A stretch of 64,000 nt of DNA from Acanthaster planci (lineage: Eukaryota), in NCBI RefSeq assembly GCF_001949145.1, contig NW_019091357.1, positions 2,276,114 to 2,340,113 on the forward strand. Direction: 5' to 3'. The position numbers and the translations under genes were made by a program. Below, in pieces: positions 26,560 to 40,279 of the stretch. Under the pieces are notes generated by a model that searched no databases, had not been told where the DNA came from, and saw nothing but the letters and a program-made list of their open reading frames with translations. Position 1 is the stretch's first letter. Each line of letters begins with the position of its first letter.

Positions 26560-26640
26560 GATTTGCGTTTGTTTACACGCTGCAAGCTGTGCATGTTTTG
26601 ACCATCGTTTATTATTGCGCATACTGGGGTCTCACTTCTT
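26560..26640 (+). mobile_element. L2-like LINE RT fossil (domain 3)
   Basis: VCLHAASCACFDHRLLLRILGSHF versus VLLDLSAAFDTVDH.ILL.RL...F. Confidence 0.45.
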
Positions 26641-27029
26641 CACCTTCAGGCGCATAGGTTATAGTGTTCACATTCATAAGCTAGGGAAAAAAAATCGTCT
26701 TTTTGGCATCGTTAACATTACATGTAAAATGTTAAGCAATTTTTTTTTACTTCAGTAAGATGTTATAGCGAGCTTGCTTCTGGCTTAAGAGGGCTTCTCC
26801 AACATCACGCTGAAAACATTCTATAAGTGGGTTCTGCTGTCATTGACGACAACTGCTCTTGTCAGAAGAAGACAAGCGTCCCTTGCCATACTGACAAAAC
26901 TTTGACAAGAGATTCATAGACTCACAGGCCATAAGACAAGATTATCGCTTTAATGAAAAAAATAGCCCTTGTCTGGTCATACTAACGAGATAAAATTTGA
27001 GCTGTTCACTGCTGTGCCTACTGCCGTAT

Positions 27030-27125
27030 CGATTCCGTATCGATTTACCAGCTCGATTGCGCTGGTAAACTGTTGGTCTCTGGTTCGAATCCCATCGGAG
27101 CAAGCGCGAGTTTTTTTTATGGCAA
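27030..27125 (+). mobile_element. tRNA-derived SINE-like remnant
   Basis: B-box GGTTCGAATCCC at 27082-27093 followed by a T-run; no full cloverleaf. Confidence 0.4.
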
Positions 27126-30100
27126 GCTCTTGGAAAGCACTGAACACCGGGCTCTTTAACAAGTGATTTCTTGTCGTTACTCGACGAGGGCAAAGCAAGT
27201 TTTATCTTGTCAGTGCGACGAGCTTTCGCCGTGAGTGCACCATTTCAGTGGTTTTGTTTAATCTAGGGATGCCTTTAAAAGGTTTGCTGCTGGAACAAAA
27301 TAAAGACATGCAAAGGTGACTGCCCGAAATTGGTCAGTTTGTTTGCTTCCGTAGCAAAGAGGAGTTGCAGGGAGCCGGGTTGTTTTATCTTAAGAGATTC
27401 ATGAAATGGACCGCCTAAACCGAAGGCGGGAGCGACACCGCTGATGGCCATACCTCAGTAAAGAATACATATTAACGCAACAGAAAACTCAAACGGCGCG
27501 CACACCAAGTGTTTGGTCTTTTGTGATTCGCTAATGTTGCAAAAAAACCTTCTGCTCAAAGCGAAGTTTGCGTCTCCTCAAGGCCCTGTCGGGGTTAGTT
27601 TAGCATCTGATATAGAGGTCAAACTGGCAAGGTTCACCTCTGCGACGTTGGGATTTCAACACTTCCCTTGCAGAGAGGAACATTTGAGATTTTTCCCGCG
27701 CCAGAATTTGATCGCTGCTATACTGTATGATGTTAATTTGCAGTGTGCAGAACCATTTAAAGCGTGTAGTTGAGGACAGACTGAGGCCCGGTGAATCTTG
27801 ACTCTAGGCGCCACGCCTCTGGCTATTTAGCCCTGCGCAATTGAAGTCGTATATGCTGTCAAACTGCAGACCTTTGGTCTGCGATGTAGCTGTTTCCACC
27901 ATTAAATGCACAAGTGCAGACCGTAAACAAAGGCATCATACGAAAAATTTGATGGTGAAATTTATGAGCAAAACAAAAGCACATTTTAAACGTTTTAGGC
28001 GTCACTTCATTCATATCTACCTTCAGTCGGCTGCTCATTGTGTCTTTTTTTAGTCCTCTCTTCCCAGATAATACCATCCAATGGATGCAACCCCAAAAGT
28101 CGCAAACGGTTCAGATTCGTAAATAGGTAGAGATCAGTTGCTAACTTCGTTTGAACCATGACGCCCAACTGCGAATCTCCTACGAGCTGTTATTAAACCA
28201 GTATCAGGCTTTGTAAATTTAACAACCGACGTGAAAAATAGACCACTATACTGAAAAAAATCTTTTTTTTTTGCCACGCGGCGCTATATAAAAGCCCCGC
28301 CAAGAATGACTGATTCATCGAAAATAAAATCTGTCAGCGAGCGCTGGGGGTTCTCCATTTTCCTTCCTACATTCCACGTCTCTTTATGCTGCCTTTATCT
28401 GTCGCTTTAAATCATTGCTAGGCCCTAAACAGCGGATACGCCTGTCTCGAACTCGCTCCCAGCTAGAGAGTGTTGGCCTGATTTGAAGACTCCTCGTCAT
28501 CCAACTCGGTTCGTAGTATGAATTAAAGCCAGGCTGGTTTTTATTTCAAGGGGGGGGGGAGGAAGGGTTTCTGTGTTTGACAAGACAATTTGAGCGGAGA
28601 CTCGGGGAGTGCATGCTACGCGAGGAGGGGGGAATCGCGGGGCACGGGAGAAGATATATCGGTGAGGAGTGAGCGGTGATGAGCATTGGCCACGAGTTCT
28701 TCATTACGTTCAGTCGCGTTGTAAAACAGGCCGCCAACCGGGCCCGCGCCAGAATCAAGTGGGACAATCTCAGCTTAACGCCGGTGATGAGATACGTTAA
28801 GGTCGGGAGAGAATGCCCCGGGGCAAAATCGCCTGACTTTGCCGCCAGAAGCCGTAGCTTCCGGCTATACGGGACCCGCCGATAGTCGTTGTTGTCGCTC
28901 GGCTCGGGGGGGAAAAAAATCCGTCTCTGAGGCAAAGCCCCTCAGCCGAATCCCTCAGCGGAAATCTCCAGTCAGCAAACCAGGGGACTGAAAAAAAGTA
29001 CCGGGGAAAGTGGGGTAACACAAGTATGGCGAGTGGATAGGTTGAGACGCCATTTTGTAACCTCATCCACCGGAGCCGGGGAACGGCGATACTCAACTAT
29101 CGTCTTACGCCGCGGCCGGTGAGACGTGTATACAGTGCAAGGGCGCAATGGCGGAGTGCCTCATTTTCTTCTTGCAACAGAAAATCCAGGGATGACTTCA
29201 AAAAAAAAAAAAAAAAAAAAAAGGCTGCGAGTGGAAGGGCGCCACTTTCTAGTGGCAAATCCAAGAGTAGAAGGCTTGGTCCGCTGGCCTCTGAGGCACA
29301 TCGCTGAATCTCGCAATAATGACTGATGTGGCGCATCCACACATAGCCGACCGAGATAATAGCCTTGGTATAAGGTTTCGCTCCCGTGAAATGTCATCAA
29401 TCAATTCCAAACTCCATTTTCCCATTGTGGGCCTTAATGTTGTTCTATTATGTAATAAAAAAAGGGGAGAAGACAGGAGAGATGGGGGAACGTTACACCT
29501 TCTTCGCCTTGGGTCAGGAGGAATCGTCTGCCCGTGGATTGCTTTCCGTCATTCAAGCCGGGGTAGTACATGGACGCGGGAAATTAATCTGCAAAAACTA
29601 ATTTTGCTACTTCATTTTCTGGTTGGCGTAATAAGCGGAGCAAGGCCTAGGCGCGCTCGCTTGCCAACCCGCGTCTTGTGGAAGGGGGGGGGGAGGCGAG
29701 CCGCAGAGCGTTGTCGCCATGGCAATCGCTGGGACCAGTCCACGGTGTGACTTTTAAAGAGCGAGATAACCGAATCATCTCGACGTGACATCCAATATCG
29801 GAGTTTGAAATGTCAACTGATATGTCGGTATAAATTATACATGTAAGACGCTTGACGATCGTGCGTGAGCTCCGGCCAGGGTTGACCCCATCTCGAACCA
29901 TGCCCATACTTTCTCCCATCCTCACTTTTTTACCCCATATAGGGGGGGGGGTTCTAAATCGATCTTAGTCGGGAAGAACTAATTCGACGGGGACCAGTTA
30001 CAAAATAAATTGCCGTGTAATCGAGCGTGGCCCACTGTGTGGGCGCGTGGCGTGGTTACCTGTGAATTGAGTATGAAGGTGACGGGTTGTTCCGTGAGTC

Positions 30101-30298
30101 GGTACTGTGATATGTTTGAAATCCTTTATTCTGAGCAGGGATCTTTTTGCAACCAAGAAGCACTCCCCGTTACTCAAATTTGAAATCCAATTATAACCAC
30201 TTTTTTTACAAGAAGACGATTAGGCATCCGGCATTCTCGGCAGAAGACGAAAATGTGCTGTTTACTCCGTGTTACTTTGGTGCATTCAGGACTGCCTA

Positions 30299-30488
30299 CA
30301 CTGTAAAAAACAGTTGGGCAAAACAGTGTTGGGCATTTCTAATTTGCCCAACCTTGGTTAAAGCTACATCACTGTTGGTCAAATATTGACCAGATATTGG
30401 GAAGAATGTGCCCAAAGGTTGCTAAGTTGATATTTTTACCAACATTGGGCAAAATACCAACCCAAAATTGACCAACCTTTTTACAGTG
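30299..30488. mobile_element. 190-bp MITE with CACTGTAAAAA terminal inverted repeats (CMC/EnSpm-like)
   Basis: TA|CACTGTAAAAA ... TTTTTACAGTG|TA, with internal TTGGGCA/CCCAA subrepeats in both orientations. Confidence 0.85.
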
Positions 30489-30734
30489 TAGAGTCTGGAG
30501 ACTTCTTCTATGTAGTTTGTAGGGTCAGCGTATCCCTGTTCTCAACTGGGCAACTTCATTCGTCCCATCTTCGAACGGACGCAATTAGAGCCTGTGCCCC
30601 TGGCCCTCGGCACAGAGACGCGTTAAAAAGCGAAGTTCCAAACGGCATAAGGTCTTGGGAAAAAAGTGCAATCACTCGAAGCAATTAGAGCCCCCGAAGA
30701 AGCTGGCAAAGTTGCTTCTTGCGGTTCAGTTCTA

Positions 30735-30950
30735 AAACTCCGTCACCCTGTCTTGTTCCTTCTGGTTGGAAGACCAACTCCCAAACTGCTTCAGCGGATA
30801 ACGAAAACACAATTACTGCCCAAGGTGTTAAATGTTTGCACTGCTTTCACGCTTTCCCGAGCCTAATAGTTCGCTCGAGCCAGTTTCTTTTATTTCGAGA
30901 TGTAAGATTTTTCTGTCTTTTCTATCTGACTGGACCTCGCTAGTGGATTA
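30735..30950 (+). mobile_element. LINE RT fossil (domains 1-3)
   Basis: RHPVLFL...KLLQRITKTQLL, then FHAF and LDLAS in other frames. Confidence 0.45.
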
Positions 30951-32268
30951 ATGTGCTTGTAGAAGTGGAATTAATTACAGGAATATGCTAGCGTAGAGCA
31001 GCGGCAGAAGAACCCTGTGTCGGATATTTTTTCTGCTCTGTTTCCATGGAAACGGTCAATCAGAGCAAATCTGAACGGGACAGTACACGGTGGCCAATCA
31101 CTGGGATCGTTCCAGTAGCGAGAAGGCAGGGGAAAAACTGAGCGCCGCCGGTGGTGCTTGGAGAATTCGGTTCGGTTAAATTGACCGTTTCGGCGTGAAG
31201 ATGCCTCATGCAGTAACCGATTTCGAGACCAGTTATTCCACCTTTAACTCGGCGTGTGTGTGTGCACTAGCCTAGGGGGGTAATTTTCCCCGGAGCGTTT
31301 CGCCTGAAACTGTGGGCAAACCCAGCCAACCGTCAGAGCAAAACACCGACGGGGATATGAAAACGACGGCCCAAGGGACGCATAGAAGACCAGCATGTCT
31401 TTCTATTATGATTATTTTTTTTGTATCTTAGTACCCTAACCTCCGCACGGATGCCTGGGGAAAATTGATGCCACTTTTGTTGCTGGAGAATGACTTTGTA
31501 TCCATCTGCCCGGAAAATCTGCCTTTAATCGAGGTGTGAAACCGGACAATGTTTGACTTTGGGTCATTGTGAGCAAACAGTCTGTTGTTTTTTTTTTTCA
31601 TGCCGCCGATTCCAAGCGTAGTAGATAATTTGGAACTGCGGGGCATTTACTTTAGATCCAGGGAAGATGGGGCTTCGGAGGGGAGGAGTCGCCTATAGAA
31701 AAAAAGGCACTGTGTTACTGTTTCCAGCGTAGACTATGAATGAAAAGGGAGATTGCAAAGTTTTCTGTACAAAACACCACAAGATAAATATACCAAAGAA
31801 CTGCATTTCCTCGATTTTCCCTGCTTCTTTGGATCGGGCGTTAATCTGAGTGCGCCCTCTACTGTCTTTTCTTAATGTAAATCAATCCCCGTTTCATGCG
31901 AAATTATCAAGGTCACTGAATGAACAGAGTGATCTTTGTTTGCGGAAAAGCATTTAATTAAGTATGATAAGTTTCTTCTCAGAATTACGATAGCCTTTAT
32001 AAATTACTGTCTATACATTGGTCGTTTGCCACGATGTAACCACGACATTCAAGTTAATTTGTCGTTTCCCAAGTTCAACTGTTTGTTTGATTTCAGTGCC
32101 TTATTTTTCCCGCCCAAAAACGCCGTCGTCTTGTGGGCACAGCTGCGGTGCTGTCCGCTTGTGTTATTCTAATCGAATCACGTGCTCACTGCCCTACCAT
32201 TTATACGACCCCAACGCCTGGTTTGTTCCGCCCGGCTCGGTGAGACTAAAGTCGCATCCACTCCATCT

Positions 32269-32610
32269 GCCCGTTGCCATGCCCGTAAAAACCTTTGAGT
32301 CCTTGTGCGGATTAAGACTTATTTTACATTCAACAAATTTACCAAAGGCAGTTTCAAGACGGTTGGCCCAACTTTCCCAACCCGTAGCAGGAAAGTCTTT
32401 CGAATTGAGGCCAAATCCCAGATTGTTATGTTCGTTCACTTTAAGAAATCGTTTCAAGAAAACACCCAATACTTCGTGTTTGTCAGTTTTGTTTCTTGCC
32501 CTGTCAACTGTCGCTCTGTATTTCGTCCGTGTCATTCGCCTGTTCCTACCTTCTCCAAGGGCTGTTTTTTTTTCACGCCAGCCGCTCTTCTGAAAACCCT
32601 CCCCTTATCG
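32269..32610 (-). mobile_element. CR1/L2/Crack-like LINE RT fossil (domains 2-4)
   Basis: VDRARNKTDKHEVLGVFL..KVNEHNNL...SW..LE..KFVE...VFTGMATG versus VDKI.NALDK.E.VLGVFLD..TVNHNIL...W..YL..QFVE...GVPQG; upstream GFQK and KTAL. Confidence 0.75.
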
Positions 32611-33010
32611 AATTCTTTTCTGCGCTGTCCGGTTTGCGATCTTTTCCTTTCACCGGCTGTAAAATATATCTATTTAATAAGAACATAATGTATTAGCGCC
32701 CCGAACACCTTGAGATGGTCCTTCCCCTCCGCCTGTGCCGCATCTGTCCGTCTGGGTAAATGCCCTCCGTTCCCCGCTCCCAACTCGCTGCGTGATTCGT
32801 TTACGCGCGCCGTGCCAAAACAAAGATGGCGGCGTGTCTTACAGTATTTTCTGTGTGAGGCCTGGCTGGTGGGGAAGAGCGACCGTTTTGCTCGTCTGCC
32901 ATTAACACGCCGTTCCATATCGGGCTTGCGCTGCCGGGGGCAAACTCTTGTTGTTCCGGCAGGCAGTCGTGCTATTTTTTCCCTCTCCTCTCCTCTCTCT
33001 GCCCTTCTCC

Positions 33011-33035
33011 CTCTCTCTCTCTCTCTCTCTCTCTC
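33011..33035. repeat. (CT)n microsatellite within a pyrimidine tract
   Basis: About 12 CT units. Confidence 0.95.
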
Positions 33036-36000
33036 CATCTTCACCGTCGTCGTCTTCATCTTCTTCCTCTCCCAGAGACCAGATATGAGAACGAGGCCTC
33101 TCTGCGTTCGATGTCAGCCAGCCTCATTAACCCACTTTTGCCGCTGTGCATTGTGGGATCGTGGGGGGCTTTGTCCTGTACCCTGGCGAAGCTAGCTGCA
33201 TGCACACGGGGCTCGGCCTGTCTATAGTGTGCGATGCATGTGCACGGGTGGTTGCGGGGGGGCTCGGTTTCGCCTCGCTCTCCTCCAAGTCGCTGTAGGC
33301 TATGTATATGGATTGAACAATAACCAACTTAAGTAAATTTACCGCGCATGTGATTATGCCCTGCGCGTATGTGATGACTACGAGTCTGGGAAGTGTACGA
33401 TTTCAATTTTTTTTCTTCTCTGGCTTTAATTTGAAGGCAAGAAGTCGAAAAGATTTGTTTAATCAAATTGCTGCGCTCGTGCACAATGGTGGATTGAAGA
33501 TACCCTCTCCTCTTTTTTTTTCCTGTGTGAATTCAAGTCGGCCATCTGTAAATGCCCGAAGAAGATACCGGACCGGTGCCAGGAACGATAGGCTTGATTG
33601 CTCCGGCCATGTTTTGCCTCTCGCCCTGCCCCACCGACTCGATATTAATAATGAATGTGAAATGCCACGCCGGGGATCACTCGCACCTTTTTTTTCCTTT
33701 GGACTTTTGTTTTTATTTTACGCGCGCCTCGGGTAAAACGCATCAATCAGCAGGAGGTGACGTCACGGACGCGAGAATTTACGCCTAGTGTTTACCGCCA
33801 AACTGATGTCACGACAAACCGTTTTTGGTTCAGGAACAGAATAGGACAATGGGTTCTAGGTGCTATTCTGTGGACTGAATGTGCTTGTTTTCAGTGGTAC
33901 TACTTTTCAGAATACAGGGTATATCAATTTAAGCTGAGGATATTTAGTTAAGGTTTGGTTAAATAAAGCGAGAAAAACAACTAGTCGGAAATCAACGGTT
34001 TTCAACCAATCAAACCCTTCTCGGCTCACCGATATTTGTACTCGTGCATATTTTATCCCGACAACCCATCCGATTTGCAAGAGAACTCAGTTTGAAAGCT
34101 GTGGGTTTTACCTCCCAATTCCCACGTTACCCATCTTCCTCCTCAAACAGGTGAGCTGGGACATCCCTACCCCCGACAAACTAGACTTTAATCGCGGAGG
34201 GCAAGCTGGCTGATGCGACATTAAGACGTGGGGGTTTGGGGTCCTAAGCCCCGGCTAAACCCCCAGCATATCCCAGGCAGGTGCTTGTGCGGGATCCCCG
34301 TGCGCCTAGCCTACATACATCCGTCAATCTCTTTCCATACTTCGGTGACGCAGAGCGTCATCACCTGCTACGCATACCAAGCCCTAAACCATCTCAGCTA
34401 TCGTCCCGAGACCCATCTGCAGGTGGTCGCGACAATCCCTCCAACAATTGAAGTTCCTCCAGATTTTTGGTGCTGATGGATCGCCGAATTCGGATTGAAT
34501 GAATGTAAGGGCTCGTATGCTGCGCGTGTCTCAGTGGACAAAAATCAGAACGAGGGCTTGTCACGTTAATGAAAAATTCCATATAAGGTGCAGAAGACTA
34601 AACGCCATAGAATCCCAAATTTTAAGTGACACCAATGACCACTTAAATGGTGCCATTTTGTTCAACACAAAAAGAAAAAACACAAATAACAAAACAAAAA
34701 TACCAGTGTTAAATGAACACTGTGTATTTATTTGGACGTCATGGACATCACGCGTCACAACACCGTTTACATCTGTCTTTGAGAAATGATGCGACACTAC
34801 TTAATCTTCCTCTAAATAAACTGCCGTGTTAACATCGTATGCCATCACCTTGGGACAAGTGGCTCATTATACATACCGTAGGGTGTAAATTCAACACCGT
34901 AGGTTTTACGGCTTGGATGAATGCTCAATACTCTGGAGTTTTATGCAAGTTTTTATCCAAAGGATTGGAACAGGAGGCTATAATGGCTACAGACTAACTG
35001 CATTGCCCCTGAAGGTTTCCTCCGTGATAGATTCCCCATAGAGTATCCAGTTTATAAGCTAAAAGGAAGCGTTACCAGTGTTACCCACGACCCTTTGTTG
35101 AGTGCGAACATCTAATATCGTTCTTCACCACGCCCTTGTATAGCCCCCACTCAAAGGCCCACTTGTCCGTGACACCTGCTACCCTGGCCTGGCCCCCATC
35201 CCAATGAAGAGGATGTATTTCCACCTGCAAGTGTCCCCCCCTTCTCTCTATCTCATTCTTTCCTGACCCGTCTTCAGCCGCTATCTGGTCCGACCCCCCC
35301 CACACACACCACCACCCTGTCATCTCCCTTCCCGGCCTTAATGCTGGCGGTGGCCGGCTGGTCACGTACCGCCGGCACGGAAGCCATCGAGTACTCGGTC
35401 CACACACTTCATTCGGCCTTCATGCCCACCTTAGACCTTAAGAGGTAACGCGAGACGCGCTGAAGGAGGCCGGTGAACAGATCGGGTTCTCCAGACACCA
35501 AAATGACTCTCGCAGCTTCAAAAACTGGGCACAATAATATTGCCCAATAGCACAACTTTGTAAGTTGACTTTGTTTGTTTACAGTTCTTGTTGACTGTTG
35601 GTTTTCTATGCTGTCAAGAGAAACTTGATGCTAAACCTAAATAACTATCACTGCATTTAAAATTAGATTTTAATTTTGTTAATTAGCCTTGTCTAATCGC
35701 TTTTAAATGTCTCTCATCAAGCGGACACAATCGGTGTGCTGTTATCCTAAATTCTCCGATTTTCTCTAATGTGATGTGACTTCATTGGAGTCGCTTCTCT
35801 ACCTCAACCTCAAAGGTATTCAAAATAACCAAGGGACCAGTTTCTTGTTCTGTCAAGCTCTATCTCAGTGGAAAGTTTCGCCATCTTTCGTCTTTTGTCA
35901 CTATGTTTTCATCACCTTCATCCGGGAACTCCCACTTCCGTCTCGCTTTCGTGCCGGCCTTGCCAACAACGCCAGGCGCAGTGAGCCGACCTGAAACCCC

Positions 36001-39000
36001 GTCCCCTCCGCTCAAGGCACCGTGGGTTATGTTGTTCTAGCATGGGCCCGCGGGCGCTCCCCTTCTCTCCCCCTCCCCCTCTGCCGGCCACGGTGCTCTC
36101 TGCTCGGCTCCATGCCGGGCCCTTCTGCAGCTCTTCTATTCTTCTTCACGCATTATATTCCCTATAATTTCTTTTGCCCTGAAGAAGTTAGATGGCCGTA
36201 TCGTGTTACACCAGAGTACCTCTCACCCTAACTATCACCTTGCTATTACCGGGCGTTGTGGTGGACTCCGCGGCTTCATATGCGCCGGTCGGAATACTCG
36301 CATTGATTTGCCCGGGCCCGCGCCGACAAAGCCAGGCGATCACCGGCTTCTCTTTGAGACACCCGATACCTCTACGCAGGGGCACCCCCAAAAAGCCCAA
36401 TGTTTCCCTCATTCATATGTATGTGTGAAAATTGCAATATAGTTTGACATCCGAGACGGGGGGTAGCCGGGCCAGCCGATGGAGAACACTTACTGTGATT
36501 GATTGGAATGATTGGGTCGCTGTGTTTTTCAGTGGGGCAGAGGTAAGCGGCGCGCGCGTCGCTGGATTTCGCCCGGACCTGGCCCGGGCAGTTCAATCTC
36601 TAACCCTCGTCTTTCCTTCCTTGCCAATAGACGAAAAGAGAAGAAGAAAGACTCCCGAACCACCACGTTAATGTGATTTGCACCTCGCGCCTTGTTGTAC
36701 CACCCTTAAATTACAGAACAGAGATTATTGATTAACGTGCTGCGCAAGTGTCGGAGTTTTGGGTCTGAAGTAAAAAAAGACAAAAAAATTATTTTACAAA
36801 CTCGGAGTGATGCCTGTATCACCGATACCACTATCAAGTGTTACAGCCTCGGTCCGTCCGTGGGATGCCAACCTTCCCCCCCGGCCCACGGGACGGCGCG
36901 TGCAGCGAGGATGTTATGTCACTATCCCACGCTCTTTGCCAAGTGGCCGGACAGGAGGCCCTAAAACAACACCGCAGAAACCCAGAAACATACTTTCTTT
37001 CTACGCAGTCTTCTTTTCCATCTACAGATGGAATGGAATCCTAATTAACTACCTTTACCGGTGCTCTCGTCCAACAGTTCAATGAAATATTTCATTCCAT
37101 TTTTTTCCCCTCCAAGGTTCATCTTTTGACATAAAGTGCTTTGACGCGACTGCGCTATTTTCCGACGAGGACTCATCTCTATCGCTATTCACAATCCTCC
37201 TCATTATCGCCACAATCAAACTAAATTTAATGACACCGTAAGTGCAGGGCACTTAACTAATTTGATATTAATGCGCGTAACACACGCCGAGGCGGAAATC
37301 AGACGGCTAGGACCAGCTTGCCCTACCGTGCATAGTGCATTCACTTTTTTTGTATTGTAATCACCCGGTATTATTAATTCCCCCCCCACACCATTTTCCA
37401 CTGCCTTGCTAATTAACGGCAGCCGTGTAGTTCTTTGATTATTAACTCGTCTTTTGTGCGGTCCCAATTGGCTGTTAACTACCCATGAAGATGTCTTGTT
37501 CCTGGACTCCTTTTTTTTTCATTCTGCCGACCGCTGCCGTGCCGAATTCAAAGCCTCTATCGGTCGACGGAGGCAGCGGAACGAGCTGACTGATGGCAAA
37601 CCTCTCCTATCTGCCCCGTTAGTCTTTTTTGTCAACTCCCAGTGGGGTTTGTCTCTATCAACTAAAGTGTCCGCTAAATGGAATTACCCAAAGCTAATTG
37701 TTAGTACCCCGCCGTTCATCTGTCCTAACCAGCGCTTCTTTGTGACGAGGAAAGCGGCAGCTCTGGTACCGGAATTTGTTGGGAGGTACAGCCGTGGAAA
37801 ATGCTAATCCCATCGCTGTGATTTTGAGCAAATAGGAAGCGGAACTGGAGAAACATGTTTCTTTAAAAGCACTCATCTGTATGAACTATTTCATAATAAT
37901 TTTTCAGAGCTTTCGGAGTTGTTCCATCACAAAATGGATGCAAATCAATTCTATTATCACTGCAGTATAGATTCATAATTTTCAAGCAACGAGGACCTGT
38001 CTGGTTCGGACAAAATCGAGTAAAAATAACAGTCACCCTGATAATCAAGATATTTTTCTCAAGACATGACATGAATTCGAGCCAGGGAAAAGTGTAAGAA
38101 ATCAATCAGGATGTGCTATGCAAGAATTAGGCGTCATAATCACAGACAAAAAGAAGAGCTGAGATGAGGATCTGGGAGGAATTTCTTCTTTTGTTCACAG
38201 TTTCGCTTGAAAAATTCACCCTCAACCTATTTTTAATAATATGTATATAAATGCACACACTTCAGGAAATGGTTCGTGCTCCTAGTTCGCTCTGGAGTTG
38301 ACTCGTCGCGTTATAATCACAAAAGAAAATTGAAACAAAGCAGCGTTTCGGATAATTTCACGACTGATTTTCCAAATTTGTTGTCAATTAATGCACCACC
38401 CTTGTCAGGTTGCTCGCAACTGATTTACTGGACGTGTGGAAAGGGGCTCTCTTTTCAAGGTACGTTAAAGTCGTTCTTGCCCGTCGTTTTCATTACCATC
38501 TAAAAACTAGAATGCGAAGGGCTGATTAACAGGAAGCAAGTCAGCTTAATATGAGGCATGGAGGCTTGCTCCCTCACACCTAGAGGGGGGTCTTTCGTTT
38601 TTGTTCCTCCAAATTAACGCCTTGAGGTACGATAGGGGTTTGGATGATAAGGCTCGCGGGAAGCTCAAACAACACAAAGAGTTATGAAAAATGGGGCCCT
38701 TCTTAATTTGACCCCGGTTTCCCAAGCGCCCAACAATGGGAACAATGCTGTCTTAGGCTAAGCAGAAGGGTTATGCATAAAAAAAATAAAACAATAAAGG
38801 AAATAAGATGCGGATGTGATGAGCCCGTGGAAAACCCAACCCTCCCCCTCCCACAATCCCTCCCGCCCCCCTCCGTCACGGTTACTTCTTTCAGCCGAGT
38901 CGGAACTGGAGCGATGTCGAGGAAATGACGGCCGGGTCTGGCGCTGCGGCTACCGGCTGGGTTGGGTGGACCGGACACGGCACTGCGCGAGAGCCACGCG

Positions 39001-40279
39001 CCACACCACTTCTTCTCCCTGGTCGGAGCAAGGTTGACGCAAGGCAGTTTGACGGACCCAGGGCTAAAGCTTCGGTGCACAGTCTTAGGATACTTGGGCG
39101 CGGTCGGCCTCTCGCTTACATCCCATAGTGGATCCACCAATTCCGTGCCGTGTCCACCTACGTGTGTCAAATGGTGAGTCCGCTTCATCACTTTGGTGTC
39201 GTCGTCATGTGGTGTCATTTGTCATTTCTGGCCTTCATCTTGTGTATTCTAGAAATCCTTTTCTGTCAGTGTTGGACAGAGAGGCGGGCGCCTCAGTGTT
39301 TGAAAAAAAGTTCTTCTTTGCATTTTCCAGTCGAGTCTCCTGGTTCGGGGAAATGGACATGATGGTTGCGAGTCTCCCTGATGAGACGCAACCTTCAGAT
39401 AGAAATGCTTGGTAATGCCCACTTTACATCAGCAAGGCTCTGATGCTTGAATAGAAATAACCGTTTGAGAGAATTTTTGTCCTGTTTACTCTGTTTGACG
39501 AAAGGACATTATCCACTTAAATTTGTTCACATTTCACAAACCTTCTTGCCAGATTTTGCACGACAAAGTTTACTCTGATGTTTCGGCAAATTGTTGCTTG
39601 TCTTCTGAAACATACACGACGCCCTTGTCTCTTTCTGTGCTGGCGATCTTGTCAGGCGAAAGTGATTGGATGGCGAGCATTAATGAAGCGGCGTGACAAC
39701 CATCTCCAGCCCGCCCGTAACGTGGAAAAAATGGCGGGACTGACATGACAACTTTTGACGCGCCGCCCGTACAACAGATGAGGAGCAAAACACGGCTCGC
39801 TTCTCCTCCTGCATATCCTATGAACCGACTTTTAAACACTCTCGCATAACTTGAGATTCCGTTTAACACTCTTTCCAAGATGAGAAAGCATCGTGTTTGG
39901 AAGGCAAAACAGAGCCCCGAGCGAAACTCTCCCCCCTGCCCCCGAGGTTTTCACCTCCCATCAGACATAGCGCGTGTGTACAGAGCGCTTAGGATCACAA
40001 GTACATGTGTTTGCGCGCTCGTCGTCGGAGCAGACTATTAAGCACTTTCCCGCTCGCGCGCGGCGCAGTCAGCTGGTGCTGATGGAAGCGGCTTCGCTCC
40101 GGTGGCGTCCCGGGAAGCGAGCGGGTGAGGAGACGGTATAGCCGGCGGACAGGCACGCTGGAGAAGAGTGTTAATATCCGTGAGCTGTCTTCTCACCTAT
40201 AGAGTCTCTGTCACTATGTCTATTTACACTTCGGGTCCACACGTAGGATGCACACTGAATAAAACGAGGGCTTTTTCTG

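Noticed and set aside
27030..27125. Possible tRNA gene
   Set aside because: B-box present, but no acceptor stem or D-arm could be built; treated as a SINE remnant.
32018..33195. Longest ORFs in the track (191 aa and 161 aa)
   Set aside because: No recognisable protein; they overlap an antisense LINE fossil and a CT microsatellite.
40082..40130. ATG-initiated candidate exon MEAASLRWRPGKRA with a G|GTGAGG donor
   Set aside because: The donor is phase 1 and cannot join phase-0 exon 2 in frame.
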